A stretch of DNA of 64,000 bases from Deltaproteobacteria bacterium (GCA_021827495.1 JAKAVN010000003.1:766-64765), one strand, 5' to 3'. Positions 9,340 through 20,472 are shown, counted from the stretch's first letter. Numbers and translations: made by a program. Notes: generated from the letters alone by a model not told the origin.

Positions 9340-10392
9340 ATGGCGGCCGCGCACACCGATTTCTGGGCGCTCGAGCGCCACAACCGGCGCCAGACCGTGA
9401 TGCTGGTCGCGGTCTTCATCGCGCTGTTCATGGCGCTGGGCTGCGGGCTGGATTTCGTTTTTCACGATCTTGCGATCGTCGACGGCGCCTTGGTCGGCTT
9501 CCCGTTGGTGACGTTGATCGCGCTCGGCTTCGGAATCTTCCAATCCCTGCTTTCATACTACGGCGGGGCCGCGCTGGTGCTGGCCTCGGTGCGGGCGCGC
9601 GAGCTTACCCCTGACACGCCGCAGCATCAGATGGTGCTCGACGTGGTGCGCGAGATGGCGCTGGCGGCGCGGATGCCGGTGCCCACGGCGTACCTGATGG
9701 ACGACCCTTCGCCCAACGCGTTTGCGACCGGCCGCGACCCGCGGCATTCGGTGGTCTGCGTCACCCAGGGGCTGGTCGACACGATGGATCGCGAAGAGGT
9801 GCAGGGCGTGCTGGGCCATGAGATGGCGCATGTGCGCGACTACGACATCCGCACCATGATGATGATCGCGGTGCTGGTGGCGGGGATCGCGATGCTGGCC
9901 GACTTCGTGTACCGCTCGATGTGGTACACGGGCGGAGTGGGTGGAGGTGGCGGCAGGAGCGGCGGCGGCCGCGACGACGACAGCGGCGGCAACGCGGGCG
10001 CGATGATCGGCGTCCTGGTGGTGGTGCTGGCAGTGCTGGCGCCGTTCTTCGCGCAGTTGCTTGCGATGGCGGTGTCGCGCGAGCGCGAATATCTCGCCGA
10101 CGCCGCCTCGGTCGAGTTCACGCGCAATCCGCGCGCGCTGCTGCGCGCGCTCGAGCGCATCGCCGAGACCGAGTCGCCGCTGCGCAACGCCTCCCGCGGT
10201 ACCGCGCACATGTTCATCGTCAATCCGTTGCAGGGCGCGCGCGCCGACGACGAGGGGTTTTTCGCCAACCTGTTCTCGACCCATCCGCCGCTTGGGCGCC
10301 GTATCGAGCGGTTGCGTGCGATGCTCAACGCGGCGGGCGGCGAAACCCCGCCGGGCGGCGCGGCCGCGCCGGCCGCAACTCCGCGCGGCTGA
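9340..10392 (+). CDS. M48 family zinc metallopeptidase (HtpX-like)
   Basis: HEMAHV (HExxH) motif, flanking TM helices, Gly-rich insert, C-terminal THPPLGRRIERL typical of M48. Confidence 0.85.
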   Translation: MAAAHTDFWALERHNRRQTVMLVAVFIALFMALGCGLDFVFHDLAIVDGALVGFPLVTLIALGFGIFQSLLSYYGGAALVLASVRARELTPDTPQHQMVLDVVREMALAARMPVPTAYLMDDPSPNAFATGRDPRHSVVCVTQGLVDTMDREEVQGVLGHEMAHVRDYDIRTMMMIAVLVAGIAMLADFVYRSMWYTGGVGGGGGRSGGGRDDDSGGNAGAMIGVLVVVLAVLAPFFAQLLAMAVSREREYLADAASVEFTRNPRALLRALERIAETESPLRNASRGTAHMFIVNPLQGARADDEGFFANLFSTHPPLGRRIERLRAMLNAAGGETPPGGAAAPAATPRG

Positions 10393-10415
10393 AGGAAGCG
10401 CGAACGGGAACCGCG

Positions 10416-10904
10416 CTAACGGTTGCGATGCCGGAGTTCACGTTCGACTTCGCGCTGGGAGGTCTTGCGCTTGATCGCCTCGCGCTTGTCGTAAAGCTTC
10501 TTGCCCTTGGCTAGGCCGAGTTCGACCTTGGCGCGGCCGCGGCGGAAGTAAATCTTGAGCGGCACCATCGAGTAACCCTGCTCGCGCGCACGTCCCCACA
10601 ATCGGTCGATTTCGCGCCGATGCATCAGGAGCTTGCGCGGGCGGATTTCCTTGTGGCTGAACTGGCCGGCCGGCGCGTAGGCCCCGATATGCACGCCGTA
10701 CAGGAAGGCCTCGCCGTTTTTGATCCGCGCGTAGCTGTCGCGCAGGTTGACCTTGTGCGCGCGCAGCGACTTGACCTCGGTGCCGGTCAGCGCCATCCCG
10801 CACTCCAGCGACTCCTCGATAAAGAAATCGTGGCGGGCCTTGCGGTTGTCGGCGACCAGATCGAAGCCGTCGTCTGGCGCCCTGGCGCTTTGCTGGCGAG
10901 CCAT
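10416..10904 (-). CDS. smpB: SsrA-binding protein
   Basis: NRKARHDFFIEE, GTEVKSLR and LLMHRREI signatures; 162 aa. Confidence 0.95.
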   Translation of the reverse strand: MARQQSARAPDDGFDLVADNRKARHDFFIEESLECGMALTGTEVKSLRAHKVNLRDSYARIKNGEAFLYGVHIGAYAPAGQFSHKEIRPRKLLMHRREIDRLWGRAREQGYSMVPLKIYFRRGRAKVELGLAKGKKLYDKREAIKRKTSQREVERELRHRNR

Positions 10905-10906
10905 CC

Positions 10907-11491
10907 TTACGAGCTTACCTGCCCGGCGCCTCCAGCATAAGCGACCCAGTCGCGCAGCGCGGCGTCAGTGGTGCGAAAGGCGATCTGGTCCCACGGAATC
11001 TCGCCGGGCCCGAAGTAGCGCACCTCGCTGGCTTCGTCGGAAAGCCCGGGGCGCTCGCGTCCGGGCCTTGCGAGATAGACCACGACCGCCGCGCTCGGAT
11101 TTTGCGGATCGGCATAGACGCCGAGCAGGCGCTCGATCGCGACGTTCATCCCGACTTCCTCGACCGTCTCGCGCAGCGCCGCCGGCTCGGGCATCTCGCC
11201 CAGGTCGACGTAGCCGCCGGGAAAAGTCCAGTAGCCCAGCCGCGGCGGGATCGCCCGGCGCAGCAGCAGCACGCGGCCCGCTTCGATCACCAGGCATCCG
11301 GCGACCAGCTTGGGGCTTTGAAAATCGATGAAGCCGCATCGCGAGCACACCTTGAGCCGCTTGCGGTCGGGCAGCACCGTGCGCAGTTCCATCGCGCCGC
11401 CGCATAGCGCGCAGAAGCGCACGTTGGCGGGATATTGATGCTGGATTGCATGGCGCGGCTCCACGGGACGATCGTGGTCATCGGCCATCAT
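10907..11491 (-). CDS. NUDIX hydrolase with N-terminal C4 zinc ribbon
   Basis: CALCGG...CSRCG ribbon, then a Nudix box (GGYVDLGEMPEPAALRETVEEVG). Confidence 0.85.
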   Translation of the reverse strand: MMADDHDRPVEPRHAIQHQYPANVRFCALCGGAMELRTVLPDRKRLKVCSRCGFIDFQSPKLVAGCLVIEAGRVLLLRRAIPPRLGYWTFPGGYVDLGEMPEPAALRETVEEVGMNVAIERLLGVYADPQNPSAAVVVYLARPGRERPGLSDEASEVRYFGPGEIPWDQIAFRTTDAALRDWVAYAGGAGQVSS

Positions 11492-11507
11492 GCATGCCCT
11501 CTCGCCG

Positions 11508-14087
11508 TCAGAACGTAAGGCGGCGCACCAGCGCCTCGCCGATCAGGAGGATCATCGCGGCGAGCAGCGGCCAGGCCGCCATCGATTGCCGCAGTTCATG
11601 CTCGGGGCGGGTCAGGCCGACGTCGGAGGGCGAGGGATTGAGCCGCCCGCCGCTGCCCGAGGCGAGGCGCTCGAGCAGCGTATAGTTGGGCTCCGGGCGC
11701 GGCAACTCGGCGTTAATCGCGGGGCTGACCGTGTATGCGAGCGGCGGGAAGGCGAGTGCGTCGGCGGTGGCCGCCTTGAGCGCGATGTTATAGGTGCCCG
11801 CATGTGGCGCGTCGAAGCTGCCGTAAAGCTCGCCCGGGACTTCTTCGGAAAGCGCGGCCTGTACGCGGCTGCCGTCGGGGCGCGTGATGGTCGCGCTGAC
11901 CAACGCGGCCGATGGCGTCGGCCGGTCGCTATAGTTGGTGAGCCTCAGATGGATGCGGCCCTCGCGGTAGCCGAGCGCAACGTCGAACTTCTGCTCGGTG
12001 GCGGCAGTCTCGGGCGTCATCCAGGAGAGCACCTTGTTCCAGACCTGGCCGAAGACTCCGTCGCGCACCCACGGCGATGACCATCGCCCGCTCGCGTCGG
12101 TGGTGACCGCGACCGCCTTGCCGGCCCCGAAGCGCCAGCTCGCGATGAGCGGCTCGTGCGTGTCGGCGCGGTTGATGAAGGCGTCGAGCGTGGCCTGGGG
12201 CTTGAGCTGGGTGCTGACGAAGCCCTTGATCGCGGGGAGCTGGCGGCCCGCGAGGTCCTTGAGCAGCGGGTCAGGCTTCACCGTGATTGGGGTGAAGTCT
12301 TTTTCGACCATCGTGGTCTCGCCGCCGTGCGCTTTCACGTCCTGCAAGAACAGTTCAGGGAGATTGGCGGCGCTGTCGGTCTGGTAGAAGCTTCCGCCGC
12401 CGTATTTGCTGATCGCTTCGAGCAGCGGCAGGTTGGCCTCCCGGCCGATCGCGATGGTGGAGATGGTCACGCCGCCCTCGCGATGCATCGAGGAGACCAG
12501 ATCGTAGTACATCGCGGCGGTGCCGCCGGTTTCGCCGTCGGTCAGCACGACCACGTGCTTTACCGAGGCGGTGTTGGCGGCAAGCATGCGCTCGGCCTCC
12601 TGCATCGCCGGCAGCAGGTAGGTGGTGCCGCGCGCTTTGAGCCGATTGATTAGCTCGTCGAAGTAGGGACGGCTTTTGCTGAGCGGCTCCAGCGGAACCA
12701 TCACGAACGGCTGCGAGTCGAAGCCGATGACCGCGATAAGGTCGCTGCCGCTGAGCGTCTTGGTGACGGTGCGCGCCGCGGCCTTGGCGTACTCGAGCTT
12801 GTTGTTGCGGCCCATCGAGCCCGACTTGTCGATTATCAGGACCAGCGCGCGGGTGCGCTGGCGATGCTGCGGCGGCTTCATGATGACCGGCAGCGCGCGC
12901 GCAATGGGGCTGTCCTGGTAGCCGCCCAGGCCGAAGCTCTCGTCGCCGCCCGCCATCGCCAGCGAGCCGCCCTCCTCGACGTAGTTGACCAGCGCCTGCT
13001 GGGCCGCGGGCGAGAGCCGCGAGCGCGGCATGTTGTTGAGCAGCACCGCGTCATAGCCCTTGAGATTGCCGCTCCAGGAGCCACTGGGCGTGACCACGGT
13101 CGGTTCGAGACCCATGCGGTGCACCACGGCTTCGAGGTACTCCGCGTCGCGCGCCGAGCCGGTCAGGATGAGCACCTTGCGCTGCGCGCCGATCCCGATC
13201 CATCCGGTGAGCGAATCGTCCTCGCGATAGGTGTCCTGGGCCGGATTGGCGGGCTTGAAAGAGGCGGTGTACGAGGTCAGTCCGGAAGCCTCGGCATGAA
13301 CCGGAAAGTCGAAGCGCTGCTGGCCGCTTTGCAGAGTGACGGTGCGGGTGTCGATGGGGCGGCCGTTCTGGAAGACCGAGATGGTGCCGCTTACCGGCGT
13401 CGAATTGTAATTGGTGGTGGTGACCCCGAGTGCGAACGGCTCGGACTGAGCCAGCGCCGGCGGCATCGCGAGATCGGTAATCGCAACGTTGGGGATGCCG
13501 CGCGCGCCGGGCGGCGTGAAGATATACAGCCGCACTCCGGCCGAGCGAATTGTGCCGAGCGCGCGCTCGGCGTCGCCATGATTTTCCCATCCGTCGGTCA
13601 CCAGCACGACCGGACCGTCATGCGCGGCCGGATTGGCGGCGACCTTCTCCAGCGCCGCTTCGAGGTCGGTCGCGCCCGGCGCGCAGGTGGTGCATCCGGC
13701 GGCCGCGGCGAGCTTGGTGAGCGCGCCCGCGACCGTGGCCGGCTCGGGATCGGTGGCGAAGATCACCGCCGGGTCGCCGGCGCGCAGCTTGAGATCGTCG
13801 CGCAGAAGGTTCGCGGTCCACGCGCGCATCGCGCCGGTGATGCTGGCCGAGGCGTCGACCACCGCCGGCCGCGTGGCGCCTTCGCTGCGCGTGACGGTCT
13901 GCGGATCAGCCAGCGCGAGCACGCATAGCGCCGCCACCGCCGCGCGCAGCAGCGGTGCGAACAGCTTGCGCGGCGTGTCCACGCCGCGCAGCGCCCAGGC
14001 GAGAATCACGGCGACCCCGATCAGCAGCCACAGCGCGCTCGGATTCGCCAGCTTGACACCGGCCAGCAGCAGGGCGCTCGGGTTCAT
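11508..14087 (-). CDS. membrane-anchored VWA domain protein with GATase1/ThuA-like middle domain (BatB/C-type component)
   Basis: Track ORF 11508..14642 trimmed to ATG 14085-14087, 2 nt after the upstream TAG. N-terminal TM helices. MIDAS motif in VLIIDKSGSM with VVLTDGETGG. C-terminal TM helix. Confidence 0.8.
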   Translation of the reverse strand: MNPSALLLAGVKLANPSALWLLIGVAVILAWALRGVDTPRKLFAPLLRAAVAALCVLALADPQTVTRSEGATRPAVVDASASITGAMRAWTANLLRDDLKLRAGDPAVIFATDPEPATVAGALTKLAAAAGCTTCAPGATDLEAALEKVAANPAAHDGPVVLVTDGWENHGDAERALGTIRSAGVRLYIFTPPGARGIPNVAITDLAMPPALAQSEPFALGVTTTNYNSTPVSGTISVFQNGRPIDTRTVTLQSGQQRFDFPVHAEASGLTSYTASFKPANPAQDTYREDDSLTGWIGIGAQRKVLILTGSARDAEYLEAVVHRMGLEPTVVTPSGSWSGNLKGYDAVLLNNMPRSRLSPAAQQALVNYVEEGGSLAMAGGDESFGLGGYQDSPIARALPVIMKPPQHRQRTRALVLIIDKSGSMGRNNKLEYAKAAARTVTKTLSGSDLIAVIGFDSQPFVMVPLEPLSKSRPYFDELINRLKARGTTYLLPAMQEAERMLAANTASVKHVVVLTDGETGGTAAMYYDLVSSMHREGGVTISTIAIGREANLPLLEAISKYGGGSFYQTDSAANLPELFLQDVKAHGGETTMVEKDFTPITVKPDPLLKDLAGRQLPAIKGFVSTQLKPQATLDAFINRADTHEPLIASWRFGAGKAVAVTTDASGRWSSPWVRDGVFGQVWNKVLSWMTPETAATEQKFDVALGYREGRIHLRLTNYSDRPTPSAALVSATITRPDGSRVQAALSEEVPGELYGSFDAPHAGTYNIALKAATADALAFPPLAYTVSPAINAELPRPEPNYTLLERLASGSGGRLNPSPSDVGLTRPEHELRQSMAAWPLLAAMILLIGEALVRRLTF

Positions 14088-14089
14088 CG

Positions 14090-15901
14090 CTAGACCGTGG
14101 CCACCGAGCGGCGGCGGCGGCGGTAGGCGACGAGCGCTTCGAGGATGACCAGGGCGACGATCGCCAGGATGAAATCGTTGGTAAGCGGCGCGCGGCGCGG
14201 CGCGACCTCGGCGACCGCGCCCGAGCCGCTCGTTTCGATCTTCAGGGCGGGCGTATTTTCGAGATCGGAGGCGCGCAGGTTGGCGAGGTTGGCCGCGCGC
14301 AGCGATTTGGCGCCGTCGGAAGAGATGAGCTGGTACAGCCCCGGGAAATTGGCGCCGGTGAACAGCATCCCCGGCGTGACTTTGATCTGGCGCCCGCCGG
14401 GCGGCACGATGCCCGTGACGCCAGCCGGCACGATCCACGGGTCGCCGGTATGGTAGCCGGCGGTCTCGGCGCCGAAGCCGGCCAGGTAGCTGAGCGAGTT
14501 GAGCGTCAGCACCGACATCGGAAGGTTTTGCCGGCCGAGATAGGGAAAAGGATTGAAGCCCAGGGCGACGAAGCGATGGCCGGCGCGTTTGCCGGCAAGG
14601 ATCAGCGCGCCGCCGCTGCCGGTCACGATCGCCCGGAGCCACGGATGTTGGCCGAGGTATTCGCCGGCGCGCAGATTGAGCAATCGAAAATTGACCGAGT
14701 CAGTGAGCGGGCCGGTCGGCGGCCATCCGGTGATCTCGACGCGCGCGGCCGGCTGAATGTTGAAGCCGAAGAGCGGGTCGCCCGGCGGCGGCATCACCAG
14801 CAGCGTGTTGACCGGCGGCATCTCCTTGGGCACCGCGTACTCGAAGATCGCGAGGTCGGCGGAGGCGAGGTCGGTGGGTGAAAAGCTAGTGGGCGACGCG
14901 ACGCGGACCGAAATGCCCGGCAGCGTAGCGAGGCCGGCGGCATCGGCCGGAGCCGGCGTCACGAACAATATCGAGATTGATTTGACCGCGCCGGCCGTCG
15001 CGTAAGCGACGTTGTCGAGCGCAAAGCCGTCGCTCGGCGTGAGCTCAGCGCGATAGACCCCGGCCGGCGCGAGGTTGGGGAACTCCACCACGCCGATCTG
15101 GCCCGGGGCCAGATGCGCCTGGGCATGTCCGACTGGCTTGCCGTCGCCGGTGATCGCGAGCTTAAGCGTCTGGGCCGCGGGGCTGAAGTTGGCGACCGTC
15201 AGGCGGGCGTGCAGCGCGGAGTGTCCGAGCGCCTCGCGGCGCAGGACGAACGATCCGATTGCGTAGTTGGGCAGCGGATCGCCGACCGCGAACGCCTCGA
15301 TGCGTGGCGGGACGGGCGGCGCGAGCGGCTGCGCGCCGGCATAGATCACCCGGCGCAGCCGGGTGTCGGAAGCGAGCTCGCTCAAAAGCGCGGCCAGCGC
15401 GGCCGGGTCGGAGGGGGCGCCGGTGGGCCGCAACCGCGCCAGCGCGGCCGCGGCCTCGGCGGCGCTGCCGAACGGCGGACCGGCACGATGAGGCTGCGGG
15501 GCGGTCAGATAGAGGCTGACTTCGCCTGGGCCTTCCCGGCCAAGCGCATCCTTGAGCGCCGCGCGCGCCGCGTCGAAGCGGGTGCGCCCGCCGGCCGCAA
15601 GGGCCTGCATCGCGGCCGAGTCATCGAGCACCACCGCGATTGGGTTGCCGCTGCGCAGGACGTACGGCTCCGCCATCGCCAGCACCGCGAGGCTGAGGAT
15701 CAGCATCTCGACGAAGAACATCCAGTCCGGCTGCGGCCATCCGCCGAAGCGCCGGCCGCGCCGCGCGCGCAGCGCGCGAAAGGCGAGCACGCTGGAGACG
15801 ATGACGCGGCGCGGACGCTCGCGCACCAGGTAGGCCAGCGCGAGCGCCGGGATCAGCGCGAGCAGGTAGTAAAACGCGCCTGGATAGAGGACTCCCATCA
15901 C
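14090..15901 (-). CDS. BatA-like protein (aerotolerance-regulator N-terminal double-TM domain)
   Basis: N-terminal two-TM segment (YYLLALIPALALAYL ... FFVEMLILSLAVLAMAEP) followed by a VVLDDSAAM-type region. Position between DUF58 and VWA genes matches the classical MoxR operon layout. Confidence 0.75.
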   Translation of the reverse strand: MMGVLYPGAFYYLLALIPALALAYLVRERPRRVIVSSVLAFRALRARRGRRFGGWPQPDWMFFVEMLILSLAVLAMAEPYVLRSGNPIAVVLDDSAAMQALAAGGRTRFDAARAALKDALGREGPGEVSLYLTAPQPHRAGPPFGSAAEAAAALARLRPTGAPSDPAALAALLSELASDTRLRRVIYAGAQPLAPPVPPRIEAFAVGDPLPNYAIGSFVLRREALGHSALHARLTVANFSPAAQTLKLAITGDGKPVGHAQAHLAPGQIGVVEFPNLAPAGVYRAELTPSDGFALDNVAYATAGAVKSISILFVTPAPADAAGLATLPGISVRVASPTSFSPTDLASADLAIFEYAVPKEMPPVNTLLVMPPPGDPLFGFNIQPAARVEITGWPPTGPLTDSVNFRLLNLRAGEYLGQHPWLRAIVTGSGGALILAGKRAGHRFVALGFNPFPYLGRQNLPMSVLTLNSLSYLAGFGAETAGYHTGDPWIVPAGVTGIVPPGGRQIKVTPGMLFTGANFPGLYQLISSDGAKSLRAANLANLRASDLENTPALKIETSGSGAVAEVAPRRAPLTNDFILAIVALVILEALVAYRRRRRSVATV

Positions 15902-15905
15902 GCCG

Positions 15906-16805
15906 CTAATGCCTCAGGCCGAAGTCGGCGGTCGCGCGCAGGAAAAAGTCGTGGAAATTCAGGTCGGTGGTGTAGAGCGTGTAGTGCAAGCCGCGGCGCA
16001 GGCAAAAGGTCCGGATCTCGCGCGAGAGGCGCTGCAGCGTCTGGCGATATTGCTCGCGCTCGCGATTGCCGATCGATACCGTCACGCGCTCTCCGCTCTC
16101 CGCGTCGACCAGTTCGACGTCGCCCGCCAGCCCCGCGCCGGCCATCTCGCTGCCGCCCAGAATCTGCACCGCCGTCACGTCCATATTGGCGGCGGTGAAG
16201 AGGCCCAGTCCGCGGGTCACCGAATTTATCATCATCAGGTAGTCCGAGATCACGAAGACCTTGCCGGCGCGGCGAATCGAGACCAGCTCGCGCGCCAGCA
16301 CCGTGGCGAGGTCGAGCTGGCCAGCCGGCCGGACCGCGCCAAGGCGCTGGGCCAGTTCGACGATCCGATGGCGGCCGTAGACGAAGCCGGGCGTGGAGGC
16401 TTGGCCATCGCCGGCCAGCACGCGGATCATCACCCGGTCGCCCTGCCCCAGGGCGACATAGGCGAAGGCCAGCGCGGTCGCCACCGCCATGGGGAATTTG
16501 CGGTCGGCTTCGGGCAGGCCCATCGAGGCGCTGGCGTCGAGAAAGATGTAAGTGAGAAGGTCTTCCTCCTCCTTGAACAGCTTGATGTAGAGCTTGTCGG
16601 TACGGCCGTAAAGTCCCCAGTCGATGAAGCGGAAGTCGTCGCCCAGCACGTAATGGCGGAAGTCGCTGAACTCCAGCGACGAACCGCGCCGGGGCGAGAG
16701 ATGGGAGCCCTTGCCGAGCCCCTCGAACGCGCGCCGCGGCTTGATCCGGAGATGCTCGAGCCGGGCCAGGAAGTCCGGCGTGAATTCCTCGGGCAGTCCC
16801 AGCAT
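15906..16805 (-). CDS. DUF58 domain protein
   Basis: GSHLSPRRGSSLEFSDFRHYVLGDDFRFIDW signature; follows MoxR as usual. Confidence 0.9.
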   Translation of the reverse strand: MLGLPEEFTPDFLARLEHLRIKPRRAFEGLGKGSHLSPRRGSSLEFSDFRHYVLGDDFRFIDWGLYGRTDKLYIKLFKEEEDLLTYIFLDASASMGLPEADRKFPMAVATALAFAYVALGQGDRVMIRVLAGDGQASTPGFVYGRHRIVELAQRLGAVRPAGQLDLATVLARELVSIRRAGKVFVISDYLMMINSVTRGLGLFTAANMDVTAVQILGGSEMAGAGLAGDVELVDAESGERVTVSIGNREREQYRQTLQRLSREIRTFCLRRGLHYTLYTTDLNFHDFFLRATADFGLRH

Positions 16806-16811
16806 CGAGAC

Positions 16812-17849
<1,038 letters not shown>

Positions 17850-17873
17850 ATTGATGAAAGCCGCGCCCGCCGC

Positions 17874-19352
17874 CTAATGGATCAGATCGCGGTAGCGTGG
17901 CGGCACAAGCTGACGTTCCTGGGGCGCGAGGTCAAGCCGCTCGGCCTTGAGCGGGACGTTGGCGTACGGCACGCTGGCGGTGGGCCGGTTGGTGTCGGGC
18001 ACAATCTTGCCGCCGCTGGCGGAGACGACCTCGGTTGGCAGGCGGAACAGGACGTAGCGCGCGTCGCGAATCTCGATCGGCGGCCCGTGGCCTGGTTTGT
18101 AGAAGCGCTGGAAATTCTCGGGCGCTGGCATTTCGCCAAGATGGGTGTCACCGTGGCCGCCCTTTTCATTTTTACCGCTCTTCGCGCCGCCTGACGGCGT
18201 TTGCCCCTTGGCCGCGGTGTCGGGGCGGGGGATCTTGCCTTGGGCCAGCGCGTCGGGCTGTTGCGAGGCGCCTTTGTTGTTGGGCGCGTTGCCCGGCTTG
18301 AGCGCGCTGCCCTTCTCGCCCTGGCCCGGCTTGGGCGCGTTGTTCTTGGAACCCGAGCCGGTTTCGATTTGCGCCTGGGCCTTGGAAAGGTCGTTGCGCA
18401 GCTCGACTATCTGCTGATTGCCTTTGGGGCCGTTGGGATTCTGGCCCTGGCTTTGACCTTGGCCACTGCCTTTGCTCTGGCCTTGTCCGTTACCCTGTCC
18501 GGGTCCTTTGCCGGAGGAATTGCCCTTGCCGTTCCCGTGGCCCTTGCCGGTGGCGTTCTGCGCGGCCTGCTGGGGTGACGATCCCTGCTGCTGCTTTTGC
18601 AGCTCGCGCATCGCTTCGGCCAGCCGCTCGAGTTTCTGTTCGGGCGGCAGCTTGGGATTTTCCATCGCGTCGGCGGCGGCGAGTATTTTGGCGGCAAGTT
18701 CCTTGTCCGCCGGAGAGGATGAACTGGCCAGTGGCTTAGCGGCGGCGCGGAGCCTGTGCGCCTGCAACTGCTCGGCCGTCGGCGGCCGCACCAGCGCCAG
18801 CGCGGCGGCCGCGAGTCCCACGACTATCGCGGCTGCGATCGGCAGCGACCGCGCCAGCGGGCGGCGCACCTCGAAGGCGAAGGCGCGCTGGGGATCAAAG
18901 CGCTCGAGGTAGCCGATGGCGCGGAGCCATAGCAGCGGGAACAACGGGGTCCGTTGCGCGCGCTGCGCGCGCGGCTCGGCGGGATCGGCCAGGCCTGCGA
19001 GGGTGACGATCTCCTGATGGCCGTCGACCGCCTCGTCGACGCGCGCGGCGGCGTCCATGAAATCGTCGGCCTTACGATAGGCTCGCCAAGCCAGGAAGGC
19101 GCATCCGGCGAGCGCCGCCACGCCCACGGCCAGCAGGGCCAGGCGCAGGCCGCCGAGCTTCGCCGGCGCCAGCAAGTAACCCATCCGCTCCCACGTCGCG
19201 GCCCCGATAGCCTCAAGCGCCGCGGCCAATAACAGCGCGGTGAGGGCGGGAACGAAAAGCGCCAGGCCCGCGCGCATCGCGGCGACCTGTTTGAGGCGGC
19301 GGCGGGCGACTACGATCTGCTCGACGGGGTTAATCACGGTGGGGGGGGTCAT
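17874..19352 (-). CDS. hypothetical membrane protein with Gly/Gln/Lys/Asn low-complexity region
   Basis: 492 aa. TM helices in the N-terminal 200 aa, then GKGHGNGKGNSSGKGPGQGNGQGQSKGSGQGQSQGQ. Its start forms an ATGA overlap with the mltG stop (19349-19352). Confidence 0.6.
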   Translation of the reverse strand: MTPPTVINPVEQIVVARRRLKQVAAMRAGLALFVPALTALLLAAALEAIGAATWERMGYLLAPAKLGGLRLALLAVGVAALAGCAFLAWRAYRKADDFMDAAARVDEAVDGHQEIVTLAGLADPAEPRAQRAQRTPLFPLLWLRAIGYLERFDPQRAFAFEVRRPLARSLPIAAAIVVGLAAAALALVRPPTAEQLQAHRLRAAAKPLASSSSPADKELAAKILAAADAMENPKLPPEQKLERLAEAMRELQKQQQGSSPQQAAQNATGKGHGNGKGNSSGKGPGQGNGQGQSKGSGQGQSQGQNPNGPKGNQQIVELRNDLSKAQAQIETGSGSKNNAPKPGQGEKGSALKPGNAPNNKGASQQPDALAQGKIPRPDTAAKGQTPSGGAKSGKNEKGGHGDTHLGEMPAPENFQRFYKPGHGPPIEIRDARYVLFRLPTEVVSASGGKIVPDTNRPTASVPYANVPLKAERLDLAPQERQLVPPRYRDLIH

Positions 19353-20428
19353 CGCTTCGCGGCGGGCGCGGGCAGCGGAGCGGCGTAGCTCGCGGACCGA
19401 TGCGCGTTGTCTTGCGCTGGCTTAACGGTCTCCTGGGCGTTCAACTTCTTCAGCATCGCGATGGCGCGGTTGTGCTCGCGCAGCGTGCGCGAAAATATAT
19501 GGGTTCCGTCGTTGCGCGCCACAAAATACAAGTAATCCGTATGCGCCGGGTAGAGCGCCGCCATTATCGACGACATTCCAGGGTTTGCGATCGGTCCCGG
19601 CGGTAGTCCGGCGAACGAATACGTGTTAAAGGCAGACGCAGTATGCACCGCCGTCGCCGCGGGCTCAAATTCACCCTGTGGATTATACTGGGCGGTTGGA
19701 TCGGACTGAAGCGGCATCCCCAGCCGCAGGCGGTTATAAAACACGCTTGCTATGGTGGGACGTTCCCCGGGCACTTTGGCCTCTTTCTCGATGATGGAGG
19801 CGAGGGTCACCAGTTCGTGCACGCTTAGATGGAGTTCGAACAGCCGCTCCTCGATGTTCGGCGGCAGCGCGCGGTAGAATCGTCCCAGCATCGCAGCCAG
19901 CATCTGCCCGACGCTCGCGTGCGGCGAAAAGCGGTAAGTGGCGGGGAACAAGTAGCCCTCGGCGCCGAGCGGTTCCAGTCCCAACGCCACCGGCAGTGGA
20001 CCCCGCCGCGCCGCCGCTTCGAACTGCCGCTGGCATACGAGGCCTGCCCCCTCCAGCCGTTCGGCAATCTGACGCAGCGTCGCACCCTCGGGAACCGCCA
20101 CCGTCACTACCGTGAAGTCGCCGTTAATCATGTGGCGCAGCACGTCGGCCATGCGCTCGCCGCCGCCGAAGGCATAGTCGCCGGGCTTCAGGTTGCGCCC
20201 GCCCCCGGTCAACTCGGCATACAGCACCATCACCCGCGCGCTGCGCACCACGCCGGCGGATGCGAGCCGGTGCGCCACCACGGCGAGCGAATCGCCCCGG
20301 TTGACGGACACGATTCTCGGCGTTGCGAATCTCGCGACCGGAACGAAGCATGCGTAGGTAATCCATGCCACGGCCGCGAGCGCGCCGAGCGTCGTCAGGG
20401 CGGCTGCGGCCTTGACGTATCGGCTCAC
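19349..20428 (-). CDS. mltG: endolytic murein transglycosylase MltG (YceG-like)
   Basis: GTG start at 20426-20428. N-terminal TM helix. YceG signature (EGYLFPATY, ASIIEKEA, VFYNRL, LQSDPT, NTYxxxGLPPGPIANPG). Confidence 0.9.
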   Translation of the reverse strand: MSRYVKAAAALTTLGALAAVAWITYACFVPVARFATPRIVSVNRGDSLAVVAHRLASAGVVRSARVMVLYAELTGGGRNLKPGDYAFGGGERMADVLRHMINGDFTVVTVAVPEGATLRQIAERLEGAGLVCQRQFEAAARRGPLPVALGLEPLGAEGYLFPATYRFSPHASVGQMLAAMLGRFYRALPPNIEERLFELHLSVHELVTLASIIEKEAKVPGERPTIASVFYNRLRLGMPLQSDPTAQYNPQGEFEPAATAVHTASAFNTYSFAGLPPGPIANPGMSSIMAALYPAHTDYLYFVARNDGTHIFSRTLREHNRAIAMLKKLNAQETVKPAQDNAHRSASYAAPLPAPAAKR

Positions 20429-20472
20429 CAGGGCACCATCGGAACGTATCGGCTCACCAGGGCACCATCGGA
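20415..20472. repeat. perfect 29-bp tandem duplication spanning the mltG start codon
   Basis: acgtatcggctcaccagggcaccatcgga occurs at 20415-20443 and again at 20444-20472, 29/29 identical. Confidence 0.9.
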
